Part shown: positions 1 through 13,900 of the stretch, in pieces
Layout: each line of letters starts with the position of its first letter
How positions within the stretch are numbered: position 1 is the first letter of the stretch
Assembly (NCBI GenBank): GCA_038087875.1
Contig: CM075981.1
Coordinates: 1,240,001 to 1,304,000, forward strand
Length of the DNA stretch: 64,000 bases
From: Malacoraja senta
Taxonomy: Eukaryota
Direction of reading: 5' to 3'
Translations under genes and position numbers: made by a program
The notes under the pieces: generated by a model
The model's input: only the letters and a program-made list of their open reading frames with translations
Databases searched by the model: none
Told to the model about the DNA's origin: nothing

Positions 1-256
1 TAAAATGAAGAGCCGTGATGACAGCGATTCCGTTGAAGACTCTGCTGCAGGATCGGATGTATATAAATGTCTTTTGTCATTCTTGCGCTACAGTGTCCAT
101 GTTCTCCCAGTGACCAAAACTGCCCCCGTCCTCCATTGTGCCTTTACTCATTTCCAATAGTGTCCCAACTATTCTGCTGCGGAAATCCTCGTCCAAATAA
201 TTGTTTGCTCCAATAATCTTCTCGGTATATGTGATAAATAAATACCGTACAATACC

Positions 257-591
257 ACACGGTGGCACAGCGGTAGAATTACTGCCGTACAATTACTGCC
301 GTACAGCGCTTGCTGCCCCGGAGACCCGGGTGCGATCCCGATTACGGGTGCTGTCTGCATGGAGTTTGTGCGTTCTCCCCGTGACCGTGTGTGTTTTCGC
401 CGAGATCTTCGGTTTCCTCGCACACTCCAAAACCGTACAGGTTTCTTGGTTAATTGGCTTGGTGTAAGTATAAATTGTCCCCAGTGTGTGTAAGATAGTG
501 TTAACGTGTGGGGATCACTTGTCGGCGCGGACTTGGTGGACAGAAGGGCCTGTTTCCATGCTGTATCTGTAATCTAAACTAAAAAACTAAA
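257..591 (+). mobile_element. tRNA-derived SINE (HE1-like chondrichthyan SINE)
   Basis: A-box-like GGTGGCACAGCGG, B-box-like GGGTGCGATCCC, (CTAAA)n-type tail; near-identical copies across the window. Confidence 0.75.
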
Positions 592-821
592 TACCACACT
601 GTAATCTCCCGCTTTCCCCTCACCATCTGTTTTAGATTATTTATAGCCAGCTGCCAACATAATAATTCACACCAAGTTCCATTGAACAATCAATTTGGGG
701 ATCATTAAAATATATTGGTTCCCAGTCCCATACAGTCTGCACTACAACATTCTCATCCTCACATTCAAATATGCCAGACACCTCATCTCTCGGATTCTAT
801 CTAATGTTCTACCTAATGTTA

Positions 822-978
822 TCTCACTTTTTAAGAAAGGAGGGAGAGAGAAAGGGAATTATAAACCAGTTAGCCTGACATCGGAGGTGGGGAAGATGCA
901 GGAGTCAATTATAAAAGATGAGATGGCCGAACATTTGGATAGCAGTGACAGGATCGGTCTGAGTCCGCATGGATTTAC
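822..978 (+). mobile_element. CR1 LINE ORF2 fragment
   Basis: FKKGGREKGNYKPVSLTS..HGFT matches the 6.3-8.9 kb CR1. Confidence 0.8.
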
Positions 979-1570
979 ATAGAAACATAGAAACTTAGAA
1001 AATAGGTGCAGGAGTAGGCCATTCGGCCCTTCGAGCCTGCACCGCCATTCAATATGATCGTGGCTGATCATCCAACTCAGTATCCTGTACCTGCCTTATC
1101 TCCATACCCCCTGATCCCTTTAGCCACAAGGGCCACATCTAACTCCCTCTTAAATATAGCCAATGAACTGGTATCAACCACCCTCTGTGGCAGAGAATTC
1201 CACAGATTCACCACTCTGTGTGAAAAAAAATTTATCATCTCGGTCCTAAAAGACTTCCCCCTTATCCTCAAACTGTGACCCCTTGTTCTGGACATCCCCA
1301 ACATCGGGAACAATCTTCCTGCATCTAGCCTGTCCAACCCCTTAAGAATTTTGTAAGTTTCTATAAGATCCCCCCTCAATCTTCTAAATTCTAGCGAGTA
1401 CAAGCCGAGTCTATCCAGTCTTTCTTCATATGAAAGTCCTGCCATCCCAGGAATCAGTCTGGTGAACCTTCTCTGTACTCCCGCTATGGCAAGAATGTCT
1501 TTCCTCAGATTAGGAGACCAAAACTGTACGCAATACTCCAGGTGTGGTCTCACCAAGGCTCTGTACAACT
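979..1570 (-). mobile_element. CR1 LINE 3' end
   Basis: YRALVRPHLEYCVQFWSP..RLRGDLIETYKI..NLWNSLP; (GTTTCTAT)n-type tail at about 979-1000. Confidence 0.9.
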
Positions 1571-1761
1571 CGTCCTTGATTCTGCTGCTGGCCTTGCCAA
1601 GGCAACGTGAGGTACAAATGGAGTGAAGGAAGGAAGGTTGGTTTGTGTGATTACCATCAATCAGCGAAATTAGTTTCAGTCTTATTTGTTAAAAATAACC
1701 AAGGGTATGTTGTGATGTAAGGTCTCAGACATCAGCTGGTCCTTTGTGCTTTTTTGACTAG

Positions 1762-1769
1762 ACTTCCTG
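1762..1769 (-). promoter_or_regulatory. ETS-type motif (CAGGAAGT) about 110 bp upstream of gene 1 ATG
   Basis: ACTTCCTG on + strand; same motif at 36274-36281 upstream of gene 3. Confidence 0.35.
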
Positions 1770-1879
1770 CTGCCTTCTTCCTCATTTTTATTCCATTTAT
1801 AATGTAAGTGGTTTTGTTAACTTTGAGGACAAAGAGCTGAGCGACAAACAGGTGTTACCCGGTCTCTACGAATCAAACA

Positions 1880-1916
1880 ATGTGGGTTCCGATTCTTGTC
1901 ATTTGTTCCTTGCCCG
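1880..1916 (+). CDS. Gene 1 leader (signal peptide) exon MWVPILVICSLP(G)
   Basis: ATG..CCC G|GTGAGT, phase 1; homologous to leader exons at 20715, 36373 and 51169. Confidence 0.85.
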
Positions 1917-4900
1917 GTGAGTAATAAACACAGTGAGATACTTCGATATTCAATGTTCTTTTGCGCCGTTTCCGCGTCAGAGATGGTTTTAAAATGCTAG
2001 TGCTTTGGACTTTAGAGATACAGCGTGGACACAGACCCTTGGGCCCACCGCGCCGACCAGTAATCACCCCGCACACTAGCACTATCCCACACTCTAGGAG
2101 CAATTTACAGTTAACAAGAGCCAATTAACCTACAATCCCGAAGGTCTTTGGAGAGTGGGAGGAAACTGGAGCAGGCGGGTCTCAGAGAGAACTTACAAAC
2201 TTTGAATAGACAGCAGCCGTAGTCAGGATCGATCCTGGGTCTCTGGCGCTGTAAGGGACCAACTCTACCGATGCGCCAGTGTGCCGACCAAATCCCAAGA
2301 ATAGAAATTAATACCGATGATGGAGTCTTTTCCCACATTTTACTTGTTCGTTAACATTCGTTGTTCGGTAGCCCTTTCCATAAACTAGAGCACTGTCCGA
2401 TTCATCTCTACCCTACTGCGGACATTGGACTTTGTCTATGGAATTGGTGCGCTACAATGCCGAGAGCTACATTCTGCATTATATTCCTTTCCCCTCGCTT
2501 TACCTACTGTGCTTGAGTTTGGCTTGATTGTATTTATGTACAGTATTATCTGGTTAGATTGATAGCACACAAAACAAAACTTTTCGCTGTATCTCGGTGC
2601 ACGTGGCAATAATAAACCTAAACCTACCTTCCCTTTCACTGCGCCACGAATAAAGACAAATAGTCGCAAAATGATCTGTCTTAGTTTGATATGATAATGT
2701 AAAGTTCACAAGTTATAGGAGTAGAATTAGCCCATTTGGCCCATCGAGTCTACTCCGCCATTCAATCATGGCTGATCTCTGCCTCCTAATCCATTTTCAT
2801 GCCTTCTCCTCATAACCCTTGACACCCGTTCTAATTAAGGATTTTCAATCTCTGCCTTAAAAATATCCTCTCACTCGGCTTCCACAGCCCTCTGAGGCAA
2901 TGTGTTACACAGTTTAACTACCCTCTGAATAAAGCAGTTCCTTCGCACCTCCTTTTTAAAAGAGCGCCCTTTAAATCTGAGGCTATAACCTCTGGTCCTA
3001 GACTCTCCCACCAGTGGAAATATCCTTTCCACATCCACTCTCTTCATGCCTTTCATTATTCGCTAAGTTTATAACCATGATTTAGCTGCAAAAACATCTG
3101 AATGAATGGAAAATGTCCTCTTCTATAAATGGTAATATTTCTAATGCGCTCTGGCCATCGTTGAAGGAGCAGTGGAATTAACATCCCAAATCGTTAAACT
3201 GAAGAGAGTGCAGGGAAGATTCACAAGGAAGTTACCGAGACTGGAAGGCGTGCAATATAAGGAGAGGTTAGATAGGCTGGAGGCACAGCAAACTGTCGGA
3301 AACGTGAGCAAATAAATACAACTAGACGAAGTGGGACCATTTGTGTCCCATGTTCACACGGGAAGGCTGGTACTCAAACGCAATATTCCACCTCTCCACC
3401 AATTCCAATATTGCTGGGCAGTTGGGAGGGGGGGAGCGGCTTTCTGGAGCGCTAGTATGTGTGTTATGGGCCGAAGGTACTGGTTTCCGGAGGGCTAGTA
3501 TGGACATTGTGGGCCGAATGGATTGTTGGGCCTGTCAGCTCAGTCACTCAGGCCTGGTGGGCTGTCAGCTCAGTCACTCAGGCCTGGTGGGCTGGCAGCT
3601 CAGTTACTCAGGCCTGGCGGGCTGGCAGCTCAGAAACTGCCAAAAATTCTGCCCAAAACAGGTGAGGGACTCTGTGAGAGAGAAGGAGGAGAGGGTGGAG
3701 AATCAATTTTAGGCGTTGTTCATCTTTTTCTGCAGATCACAGCAATGAAGGAGGAAATTCTATCCTGGCCTGGATCTCACAGGGAGCAAATGAAAGGAGG
3801 GAGCAAAATACTGGGGTGAGGTTTAATACTTGCAGGGGGAATACTTACTGATGGGCCGTAGGGACTCCTGGGCTAGTACAGGCCTGATGGGTCGAAGGGG
3901 CTCTTTAAAAAAATCTGAGTGAAATCTCAGTGAAAGGCACTTTTTCTGTAGTTTTCCTGGCCTCGCACGGGCCTTTTGGGCCAAAATGCTACTCTGGCAT
4001 TTTGGGCAAAAGGGACTGGTTTCTCAGTTAATAGGGGCCGGAATTAGTGGTTTCAGGCAGTCCAAACAACTTATTTCATTTCATTTCCAATGGCATTGCA
4101 GTTTCACGCACAGGGCAGGCCAAGCCAAACAGCTGATTGCATTTTCACTTCATTTCCATTGCCATTGCACTTTCAAGCACAGGGCAGGCTCAATCCAAAC
4201 AGCTCATTGCATTTTCACTTCATTTCCATTGCCATTGCACTTTCAAGCACAGGGCAGGATCAAGCCAAACAGCTCATTTCATTTTCAATACTTTTCCATT
4301 GCCATTACGGGTTCAAGCACATGGCATGCTCAAGCCAAACAGCTGATTGCATTTTTCAATTCAATTCCAATGGCATTGCAGTTTCCATGCATAGGGCAGG
4401 CCAAACAACTCACTTCATTTTCATTGAGGGCTGACAAATCATTTATTCAAGTACATTGCATATTCACAGTGTTCTGTAGTTTCCCAGCTCAGTCAGAGAG
4501 TCGTGACCTCTCCCTCGCCATCTTGCAGACAGACTGAGCCACGTCCACACTTCCGGGCTTTATAGTCCCTCCCCCTCCCACTGGAAGGGGCGTGGCCTTC
4601 ATGGCGGTGATTGACAGGAGAGAGAATCTCAAGATTTTTTAAGCACTATTAAGTCTTTTATTTTTCATCGGTGGGAAAAATGCTCGGGGCCTGCGCAGCG
4701 GAGGAGGACTCTGAGTAAGATGGCCAAAACATCACAGCCATCTGTGGAAGCGTTTTTTCAAAAATCAAAGCACAGTACAAACAGGAAGTGATGAAGATGA
4801 CTCCTTTAATTATATAGATGCTAGAGGAATTCAGCTGGACGGGCTGCATCTGTGCAAAGAATGGCCAGGCGACGTTTTTGGTCGGCACCCTTCTTCTGAC

Positions 4901-7900
4901 AACTGGAAGAAGCCGACATATAACGACTAGAGGGCAGACACCTTGTGACACCTACTGTAGGTTCCGAAGAAGGGTTTCACCCGAAAAGTCACCTATTCTT
5001 TGTCGCCAGAGATGCTGCCAGATCCTCTGAGTTACTCCAGCATTTGTGTCTATCTTGGGTACAAACCAGCATCTATAGTTCCTGCCTATGCATAATTTAT
5101 CATTTCGATACTTACATTATAAACATGCATTTCTAGGTTTAACTATGTGATTTCCCTCATACGTATGCAAAGAGAGTATTCATCATTTAAGTGGTTTCAA
5201 CCGTCCTGCCGCACCAACCCATTGCTCCGCAGAGTCCCCACACCACCACATTCCACCTCCATTCCCGCGGTCTTCCAGACTGTTCGGCCTCGGGGAAAGG
5301 AGTGTGTCCTGACGACGGGTGCTGTCTTGGCGGAGTTTGCACGTTCTCCCTGCGACCGCTTGTTCCGGGTGCTTCGATTTCCACCCACACTCCAAAGACG
5401 CGCTGGTTTGTAGGTTAATTGGCATTGGCTTCTGTAAATTGTAAATTGTTCCCAGTGTATGGCATTGTGCAAGTTTCCGGGATGAACGCTGGGTGGCGCG
5501 GACATGGTGGGCAGAAGGGCCTGTTTCCGCGCTCAATCCCAAAGTCTAAAGTCTGAACATGGGTTACGACGTGGACCCTGAAAAAACGCGATGTTAATAT
5601 CGGTTTCAGGATGTATCTGATTGTATTGAATATTCCCATTCCATTCACATAGTTCATATTCGTAAGTGATGGGAGCAAGATTTTGCCATTCGGCCCATCA
5701 AGTCTACTCCGCCATTCAATCATGGCTGACTATCTCTCCCTCCCAACCCTATTCTCCTGCTTTCTCCCCATAACCCCCGACACCGGTGCTATTCAAGAAT
5801 CAACCTATCTCTGCCTTCAAAATATCAATTGACTTGGCCTCCTCAGTCTTCTGTGGAAATGAATTCCGCAGATTCATCACACTCTGACTAAAGAAATTCC
5901 ACGTCATCTCCTCCCTTTAAATCTGAGGCTATGACCTCTAGTCCTAGAATCTCCCACTCGTGGAAACATCCTCTCCACAACCACTCTGTCCAGGCCTTTC
6001 ACTATTCGATAAGTTTCAATGAGGTCCCCCCACCCCCCATTATTCTTCTAAACTCCAGCAAATAGAGGCTCAGTGCCGTCAAACATTCATCATATGTTAA
6101 CCCACTTATACCCGGGATAATTTTCGTAAACCTCCGCTGGATCAGCTGCAGAGCCAGCACATCCTTCGCAGATATGGCGCACAAAATTGCTCACAATACT
6201 CCAATTGCGGCCTGACCAGCGCCCGATAGCCTCAGCATTACATCTCTGTTTCGGTATTCTAGTCCTCTTGAAATAAGTGCGTGCATTGTGTTTGTCTTCA
6301 AAATTACCTTGGAGGATGTGGAATCGGTATGGGTAGAGCTGCGAAACACTAAGGGGCAGAAAACGCTGGTGGTTGTTGTGTACAGGCCACCTAGCAGTGG
6401 TAGTGAAGTTGGGGATGGCATCAAACAGGAAATTAGAAATGCGTGCAACAAAGGCAAAACAGTTATAATGGGTGACTTCAATCTACATATAGATTGGGTG
6501 AATCAAATTGGCAGTGGTGCTGAGGAAGAGGATTTCTTGGAATGTATGCGGGATAGTTATCTAAACCAACATGTAGAGGAACCAACGAGAGAGCAGGCTA
6601 TTCTAGACTGGGTATTGAGTAATGAGGAAGGGTTAGTTAGCAGTCTTGTTGTGTGTGCCCCCTTGGGCAAGAGTGACCATAATATGGTTGAGTTCTTCAT
6701 TAGGATGGAGAGTGACATAGTTAATTCAGAAACAACGGTTCTGAACTTAAAGAAAGGTAACTTTGAGGGTATGAGACGTGAATTGGCCAACATTGACTGG
6801 CAATTAGTTCTAAAAGGGTTGACGGTGGATATGCAATGGAAGGCATTTAAAGACTGCATGGATGAACTACACAAATTGTTCATCCCAGTTTGGCAAAAGA
6901 ATAAATCAGGGAAGGTAGTGCATCCGTGGATAACAAGGGAAATCAGGGATAGTATCAAAGCAAAAGATGATGCGTACAAATTAGCCAGAAAAAGCAGCAT
7001 ACCAGAGGACAGGGAGAAATTCAGAGACCAGCAGATGAGGACAAAGGGCTTAATTAGGAAAGGGAAAATAGATTATGAAAGAAAACTGGCAGGGAACATA
7101 AAAACTGACTGCAAAAGTTTTTATAGGTATGTGAAGAGAAAGAGATTAGTTAAAACAAATGTAGGTCCCTTGCAGTCAGAAACAGGTGAATTGATCATGG
7201 GGAACAAGGTTATGGCGGACCAATTGAATAACTACTTTGGTTCCGTCTTCACTAAGGAAGACATAAATAATCTGCCGGAAATAGCAGGGGGCCGCGGGTC
7301 AAAGGAGATGGAGGAACTGAGTGAAATCCAGGTTAGTCGGGAAGTGGTGTTGGGTAAATTGAATGGATTAAAGGCCGATAAATCACCAGGGCCAGATAGG
7401 CTGCATCCCAGAGTACTTAAGGAAGTAGCTCCAGAAATAGTGGATGCATTAGTGATAATTTTTCAAAACTCTTTAGATTCTGGAGTAGTTCCTGAGGATT
7501 GGAGGGTAGGAAACGTAACCCCACTTTTTAAGAATGGAGGGAGAGAGAAAACGGGGAATTACAGACCAGTTAGTCTAACATCGGTAGTGGGGAAACTGCT
7601 AGAGTCAGTTATTAAAGATGGGATAGCAGCACATTTGGAAAGTGGTGAAATCATTGGAAAAAGTCAGCATGGATTTACGAAAGGTAAATCGTGTCTGTCG
7701 AATCTTATAGAATTTTTCGAGGATGTAACTAGTAGAGTGGATAGGGGAGAACCAGTGGATGTGTTGTATCTGGACTTTCAGAAGGCTTTCGACAAGGTAC
7801 CACATAAGAGATTAGGATACAAACTTAAATCACACGGTATTGGGGGTTCAGTATTGATGTGGATAGAGAACTGGCTGGCAAACAGGAAGCAAAGAGTAGG

Positions 7901-10900
7901 AGTAAACGGATCCTTTTCACAATGGCAGGCAGTGACTAGTGGGGTACCGCAAGGCTCAGTGCTGGGACCCCAGCTATTTACAATTTATATTAATGAACTG
8001 GATGAGTGAATTTAAAGCAACATCTCCATGTTTACGGATGACACTAAGCTGGGGGGCAGTGTTAGCTGTGAGGAGGATGATAGGAGACTGCAAGGTGACT
8101 TGGATAGGCTGGGTGAGTGGGCAAATGTTTGGCAGATGCAGTATAATGTGGATAAATGTGAGGTTATCCACTTTGGTGGGGAAATGGGGAGATGCAGCGA
8201 GACCTGGGTGTCATGGTACACCAGTCCTTGAAAGTAGGCAGTGAAGAAAGCGAATGGTATGTTGGCTTTCATAGCAAGAGGATTTGAGTATAGGAGCAGG
8301 GAGGTTCTACTGCAGTTGCACAGGGTCTTGGTGAGACCACACCTGGAGTATTGCGTACAGTTTTGGTCTCCGAATCTGAGGAAGGACATTATAGCCATAG
8401 AGGGGGTGCAGAGAAGGTTCACCAGACTGATTCCTGGGATGTCAGGACTTTCATATGAAGAAAGACTGGATAGACTTGGCTTATACTCGCTAGAATTTAG
8501 GAGATTGAGAGGGGATCTTATAGAAACGTAGACAATTCTTATGGGGTTGGACAGGCTAGATGCAGGAAGATTGGTCCCGATGTTGGGGAAGTCCAGGACA
8601 AGGGGTCACAGCTTAAGGATAAGGGGGAAATCCTTTAAGACCGAGATGAGGAAACACTTTTTCACACAGAGAGTGGTGAATCTCTGGAACTCTCTTCCAC
8701 AGAGGGTTGTTGAGGCCAGTTCATTGGCTATATTTAAGAGGGAGTTAGATGTGGCCCTTGTGGCTAAAGTGATCAGGGGATATGGAGAGAAGGCAGGTAC
8801 GGGATACTGAGTTGGATGATCAGCCATGATCATATTGAATGGCGGTGCAGGCTCGAAGGGCCGAATGGCCTACTCCTGCACCTATTTTCTATGTATCTAT
8901 GTATCTAACATCCCCACCCCCCACCCCCATCCCTTCTTCAGTTTCAGGCGTGTTGTGGGGAGACGGATTGTTGTCGTCAGCTGTGGGAAATGCGATCACA
9001 ACCGAGTGTCATTATGATGCAAAATATGGCTCAAACACGAAGTACTGGTGCCGAGGGAAGAGACACCAGTGTTCCCTTTTAGTGGAAACAATTAAGCAAC
9101 ACGGGCGGAGGGGAAGAGTGTCAATCACAGATAACCCGGCACGAGGAATATTTACTGTGACTGTGGAGGATCTTATCTTTGAAGATAATGGATGGTACAG
9201 CTGTGGAATTACAACACCTGGCGGGGATCAGATATTCAGCACAGAGCTACGTGTGTATTACGGTACGTTTGTCACCGATAGACCTGATGTCTCCACTGAA
9301 ATGCATGATCCACGTTTACTCCGGAAAAGGTCAGGGCAGCACCGATACCCCCGAGGATCCGCAGCAGTGCAGAGACCTGCGGGCAGCGGGCGGGAGTCGG
9401 GAAACAGCACTCATGTTGCTCTCACCCAGTGCGGGCTCTGTCCCACTGATGCTCAGCACATTTCCCTGCCTGCGAACTGTATGAAATATCACCTTGTCAG
9501 AGGTTTGCATTCCGACTCAAACTAATAATCCGACAGGAACAGATCAGTGAGAAACAAGTGTTGCTCACGGTCTAAATATCTGGAGAATCATAAACAGGGA
9601 ATCAGTCCCCAGAGCTCAACAGATTGCGTTCAGTCCTCCCGGAACAGGCCAGTCCGCTCCCCGCACCCACCCCTTCAGGGATCCGTCACTCCCTCCCCAC
9701 ACCACGGTCTCTTTCACTCTCTCCCTCTGTCCCGTCAATGCGCCCCCACCCCTAGCAGCCACTGTCCACCCACCGCCCGGCAACTAGCCAGCCTCTCCCT
9801 GATGGGTCACATCACTGGGAACCGTCTCCCAGTTGCTGAGACGGATTGCAACCTTGATTTTCTCAGGGAACCATCCTCAGCGTCATCGCTGCTCACCCGT
9901 TCTAAGGCGCTGCTGTGCACTGCGAAAGCAATACATAAGGACAGGTACATCAATTGAAAAGTATTCGAGGGATATGAGCCAAATGCGGGCGGGTGGGTCT
10001 AGTGTACCTGGGACATGTTGGTCGGCATGACCAGGCGGGGCCCAAAGGGTTACCACAGTGTATGACTATGGCTCTAATAGCACACTTGGTAGTTTGGGCT
10101 GCTGGGAGGAAGCAGAGTAACAGAGAGATTTTAAACTTTGGAGATAAAGCGCTGAAACAAGCCTTTAGCCCCACCGCGCCGCCCAGCGATCTCCGCACAT
10201 TAGCACTATCCTGCACACACTCGGGACAATTTACGGTTATACCAAGCCAATAAGCTTGCAAACCTGTTCGTCTTTGGAGTGTGGGAGGAAACCGGAGCAC
10301 CCGGAGCAAACCGGTGCGGTCGCAGCGAGATCGTACAAACTCCGTACCGAGAGTACCCGTAGTGAGGATTGAGGATTAAAAGGCTGATGCTCCACCGACT
10401 GAAGTATTCAGACTCTTCACGGGTAGGGGTGGATGAGATTGTGAGATTCCAACGACGAAAGACATGGACATCCGACAGGATTTGATTTTTTTCAGGTGTA
10501 GGAAGGAACTGCGGATGTTGGTTTACACCGATGATGGACACACACACGCTGGAGTAAGTTAGCGGTCAAGCAGCATCTCTGGAGAAAAAGGATAGGTGAC
10601 GTTCGGGTCGACTGAGATTCAGGGGAGAGAGGAACTAGAGACATGAAAATGTACAATGCATGAAAGGTGTGTTGAAAGAACAAATCAAAGCCAGCCAGAT
10701 GATGATGGAGAGTTGGAGCCCACAATGATACGTTGTCGGCTGCGGATAAGGTGATAAAAAGTGGATTCAAACAGTGAAACTAAGCAGGACGACAATGAAA
10801 CTAATCGGACCGACTAGGGTGGGGGAGGGAGGGAGATAGATGAAATGCAAGGGTTTCCTCAACATATATAAATTAAAATCTATCTTTGAATTTCAGGTAT

Positions 10901-13900
10901 TCACTCAGTGTTTGATTGTCTGCTCATTTCCCACAGAATTCGTGTCTGCTCCAGTGCTTAGATTTGTATCGCCAGCAAATGTCTCCTGTCTCGGAGGCTC
11001 GGTGTCAGTGTCCTGCGAGTCCCACTCGGGATCCCTTCCCATAAACTACACCTGGTTTGAAAAGGCCCCGTCCACGGATTTAATGATCTCCAACACCACT
11101 GTACTGGACATCCATTGCCAATCCTTGCAATACGACCACCATCAATATTACTGCACAGCCGCAAATATTCAAGGGGAAACAACCGGTGAAGTGTTGGACG
11201 TGGAGACCATCTCCCTGGGAAAAGATAACTGCAGTTATGTGATGCGAATCAGTAACTCTGGTAAGTGGTGGAGCTTAGTCTTGCCGAAGGGCAAATGGCA
11301 AAGTGCCGCATAAAAGGCCGATGCACATGTTAAGCATGTCCGTGACATGGACGTTACAGAGTGAAGATGCTGGTTTGCTGGTTTACAGAGTGAAGAACTG
11401 CAGATGCTGGTTTACACCGATAATAGACACAACATGCTGGAGTAACTCAGCGGGTCAGGCAAGGAATCTCTGGAGACAAGGACTTTTCCAGTCGAGACCC
11501 TTCTTCAGACTGGGAAGCAGTTTATTTCAATGCAACCATTTGTTTTGTGCAGTACTGTCGGAGGTTGTATTTGGTGCAATATAGCTTGATTTGTTAATTA
11601 GGAAGCACAGCTGGTATAAGCTTTCAACATAAGCTTTTCATTGTACCTCGGTACATGTGACAATAAACCAAACTAAACTAAGCACCAAAGGTTACGGGGA
11701 GAGTGCAGGAGAATGGTGTTAGGGAAAAATGATCAGTCATGGTCGAACGGCGGAGGAGATGCGATCGATTGAATGTTCTAAATCTACGCCTGCGTGTTAT
11801 GGTATTATCTCGCCGTGTACTCATCTTTGCTATGTCCATTGGCTGCAATGGGTGCTGGTTCTTCAGAAATGGGCCTCCCAATGTTGACAAAGGCCAGTCG
11901 CCTGGCTGGAATATTCTCTGAAATTGGATTTGGTGTCCAGCCAAGCTGAACCCTTTAAACGCCCCCATAGCAACCCTGATCCTCGGAGATGGGAAAGAAC
12001 CAGGAATTATCAGTAAATGTGATCCACATGTATGTTGGCGGTGTCTTTCATCAGTTGCAAAAGATCAGGAAAAGCTTCGTCCCAACAGCCATCAGGCTAT
12101 AAAACTACATCCGTCAGTAAGCTCTGAACTCCGCAGACTATTATGGTTAATAATGCACTATTTTTGCTTGTTTTTATGTGCGTTNNNNNNNNNNNNNNNN
12201 NNNNNNNNNNNNNNNNNNNNNNNNNNNNNNNNNNNNNNNNNNNNNNNNNNNNNNNNNNNNNNNNNNNNNNNNNNNNNNNNNNNNNNNNNNNNNNNNNNNN
12301 NNNNNNNNNNNNNNNNNNNNNNNNNNNNNNNNNNNNNNNNNNNNNNNNNNNNNNNNNNNTGCTGGTAAAATCGAAAGTAGACACAAAATGCTGGAGAAAC
12401 TCAGCGGGTGAGGCAGCATCTATGGAGAGAAGGAATTGGCGACATTTCGGGNNNNNNNNNNNNNNNNNNNNNNNNNNNNNNNNNNNNNNNNNNNNNNNNN
12501 NNNNNNNNNNNNNNNNNNNNNNNNNNNNNNNNNNNNNNNNNNNNNNNNNNNNNNNNNNNNNNNNNNNNNNNNNNNNNNNNNNNNNNNNNTGTGTGAGCGA
12601 GTGAGTATGTGTATATCTGCAAGCACTGAACGTTTTAACTTGTTTGTTATATTGCTTACGGTGTACTATGTTTACATATTCTGTTGTGCCGCTGCTTAAG
12701 AATTCCATTGTCCTATCTGGGATATATGACAATAAAACACTCTTGACTCTCTCGATGTCATACTGAGAACCGTCATCATCTCCATGCAAGAGCCCCTGTG
12801 AGACAACTGTGCTCTCCTGCTGGACTACCAATGAAAAATGGGAAAATGAATTTAATTTTTTCCTCTCGGCAGAGTATAAATATTATTGTGGGCGCCCGAC
12901 CACGGAATCAGCATCGACACAATCTGTCAACACAGAAACGGCATCCGACATTCCCCCAGAGGAAACTATTCAACCCCGTTCTACTGAAAGGTACAATGTT
13001 CTCGCTATTGGTTTGCACATTGACACTATTTTCATGTGAGTGGAGATTGGGGTAAAATTCCCTCATTTATTCGCATGTGGATACAATTATTTTTAATCAT
13101 AGTGAATATTGGGAATTGAATATACATAATTCTCACCTGTAAGGTAAGTTTCCCACACTAACATGTTTAATGCCTTGGGCATAGCAATGGAAGGTTATGT
13201 ATTACATTAGAACGTAGCTCGTGAAAGTGAACATGTTGGCTCAGAGATTAGAATCTCCTATCAAAGATGCTGCCTGCCGGATAAGAAATTTCAAACCAGT
13301 CGTCTCCGGATCAGCGTCTGAAGAAGGCTTTCTACCGGCCACATTGATTATCAATACCCTCCAGAGATGCAGGCTGACCCGCTGAGTTTCTGCAGCATTT
13401 TGTGTCTTTCTTTTGTAAACGATTATCTTTAGTTCCTTGGATCTCCGTAATATTTACAAAGTTGGAGGGGATAATCCCTGATGGATTTGGATAATATTTA
13501 ACCTTGAAGCATCATCACCGTCATGGGTCATTTTTACACTGTTTTCGGGACTTCTTTTTTTAAATAGATTTTCACTGTACCTCGGTACACGTGACAAAAC
13601 TATACTAAACCAAAGTAAACCAAACTGCACTAAACTTGCTGTAACCAGTTCGGCGCCTGGTTTGAGTTTAGCTTAAGTTTGATTTATTGTCACGAATTTC
13701 GAGGTTCAGTGAAATAATTTTGTTGTGCGCTAACCAGTCAGCGGGAAGACAACGCATGATGACAATCGAGCCACCCACAGTGTACGGATGCCTGAAAAGG
13801 GGAATAACGTGAATAACGTTTAGTGCAGGGTAAAGCCAGTAAAGTCCGATCAAAGATTGTCTGGGGGTCTCCAATTAGGTAGATAGTAGCTGGGTCTGAA

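Larger units (their letters stand above)
3322..4818 (-). mobile_element. Non-autonomous Helitron
   Basis: Minus strand begins TCTATATAATTAA (+4818), ends CTAG (+3322-3325), has a subterminal hairpin TGGGAC/GTCCCA (3332-3350), sits between A and T, and has no TSD. Confidence 0.8.

Noticed and set aside
1-292. Minus-strand 71-aa ORF (77..292) and possible plus-strand exon at the window start
   Set aside because: Its start lies in a SINE, no family motif is recognisable, and splice signals are unconvincing. A neighbouring gene's terminal exon cannot be excluded.
3528-4435. Regular repeats as a CRISPR array or coding repeat protein
   Set aside because: No unique spacers, eukaryotic context; these are head-to-tail minisatellites inside a Helitron
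6288-8009. 573-aa ORF as a host gene or active retrotransposon
   Set aside because: It is a 5'-truncated CR1 ORF2 with a premature stop before the YADD-equivalent motif and downstream frameshifts
5660-8907. 5'-inverted (twin-primed) single LINE
   Set aside because: The inverted piece is a separate 3' end with its own tail, duplicating sequence present in the plus-strand copy, so these are two insertions
12097-12831. ORFs spanning the N runs
   Set aside because: Artefacts of translating N
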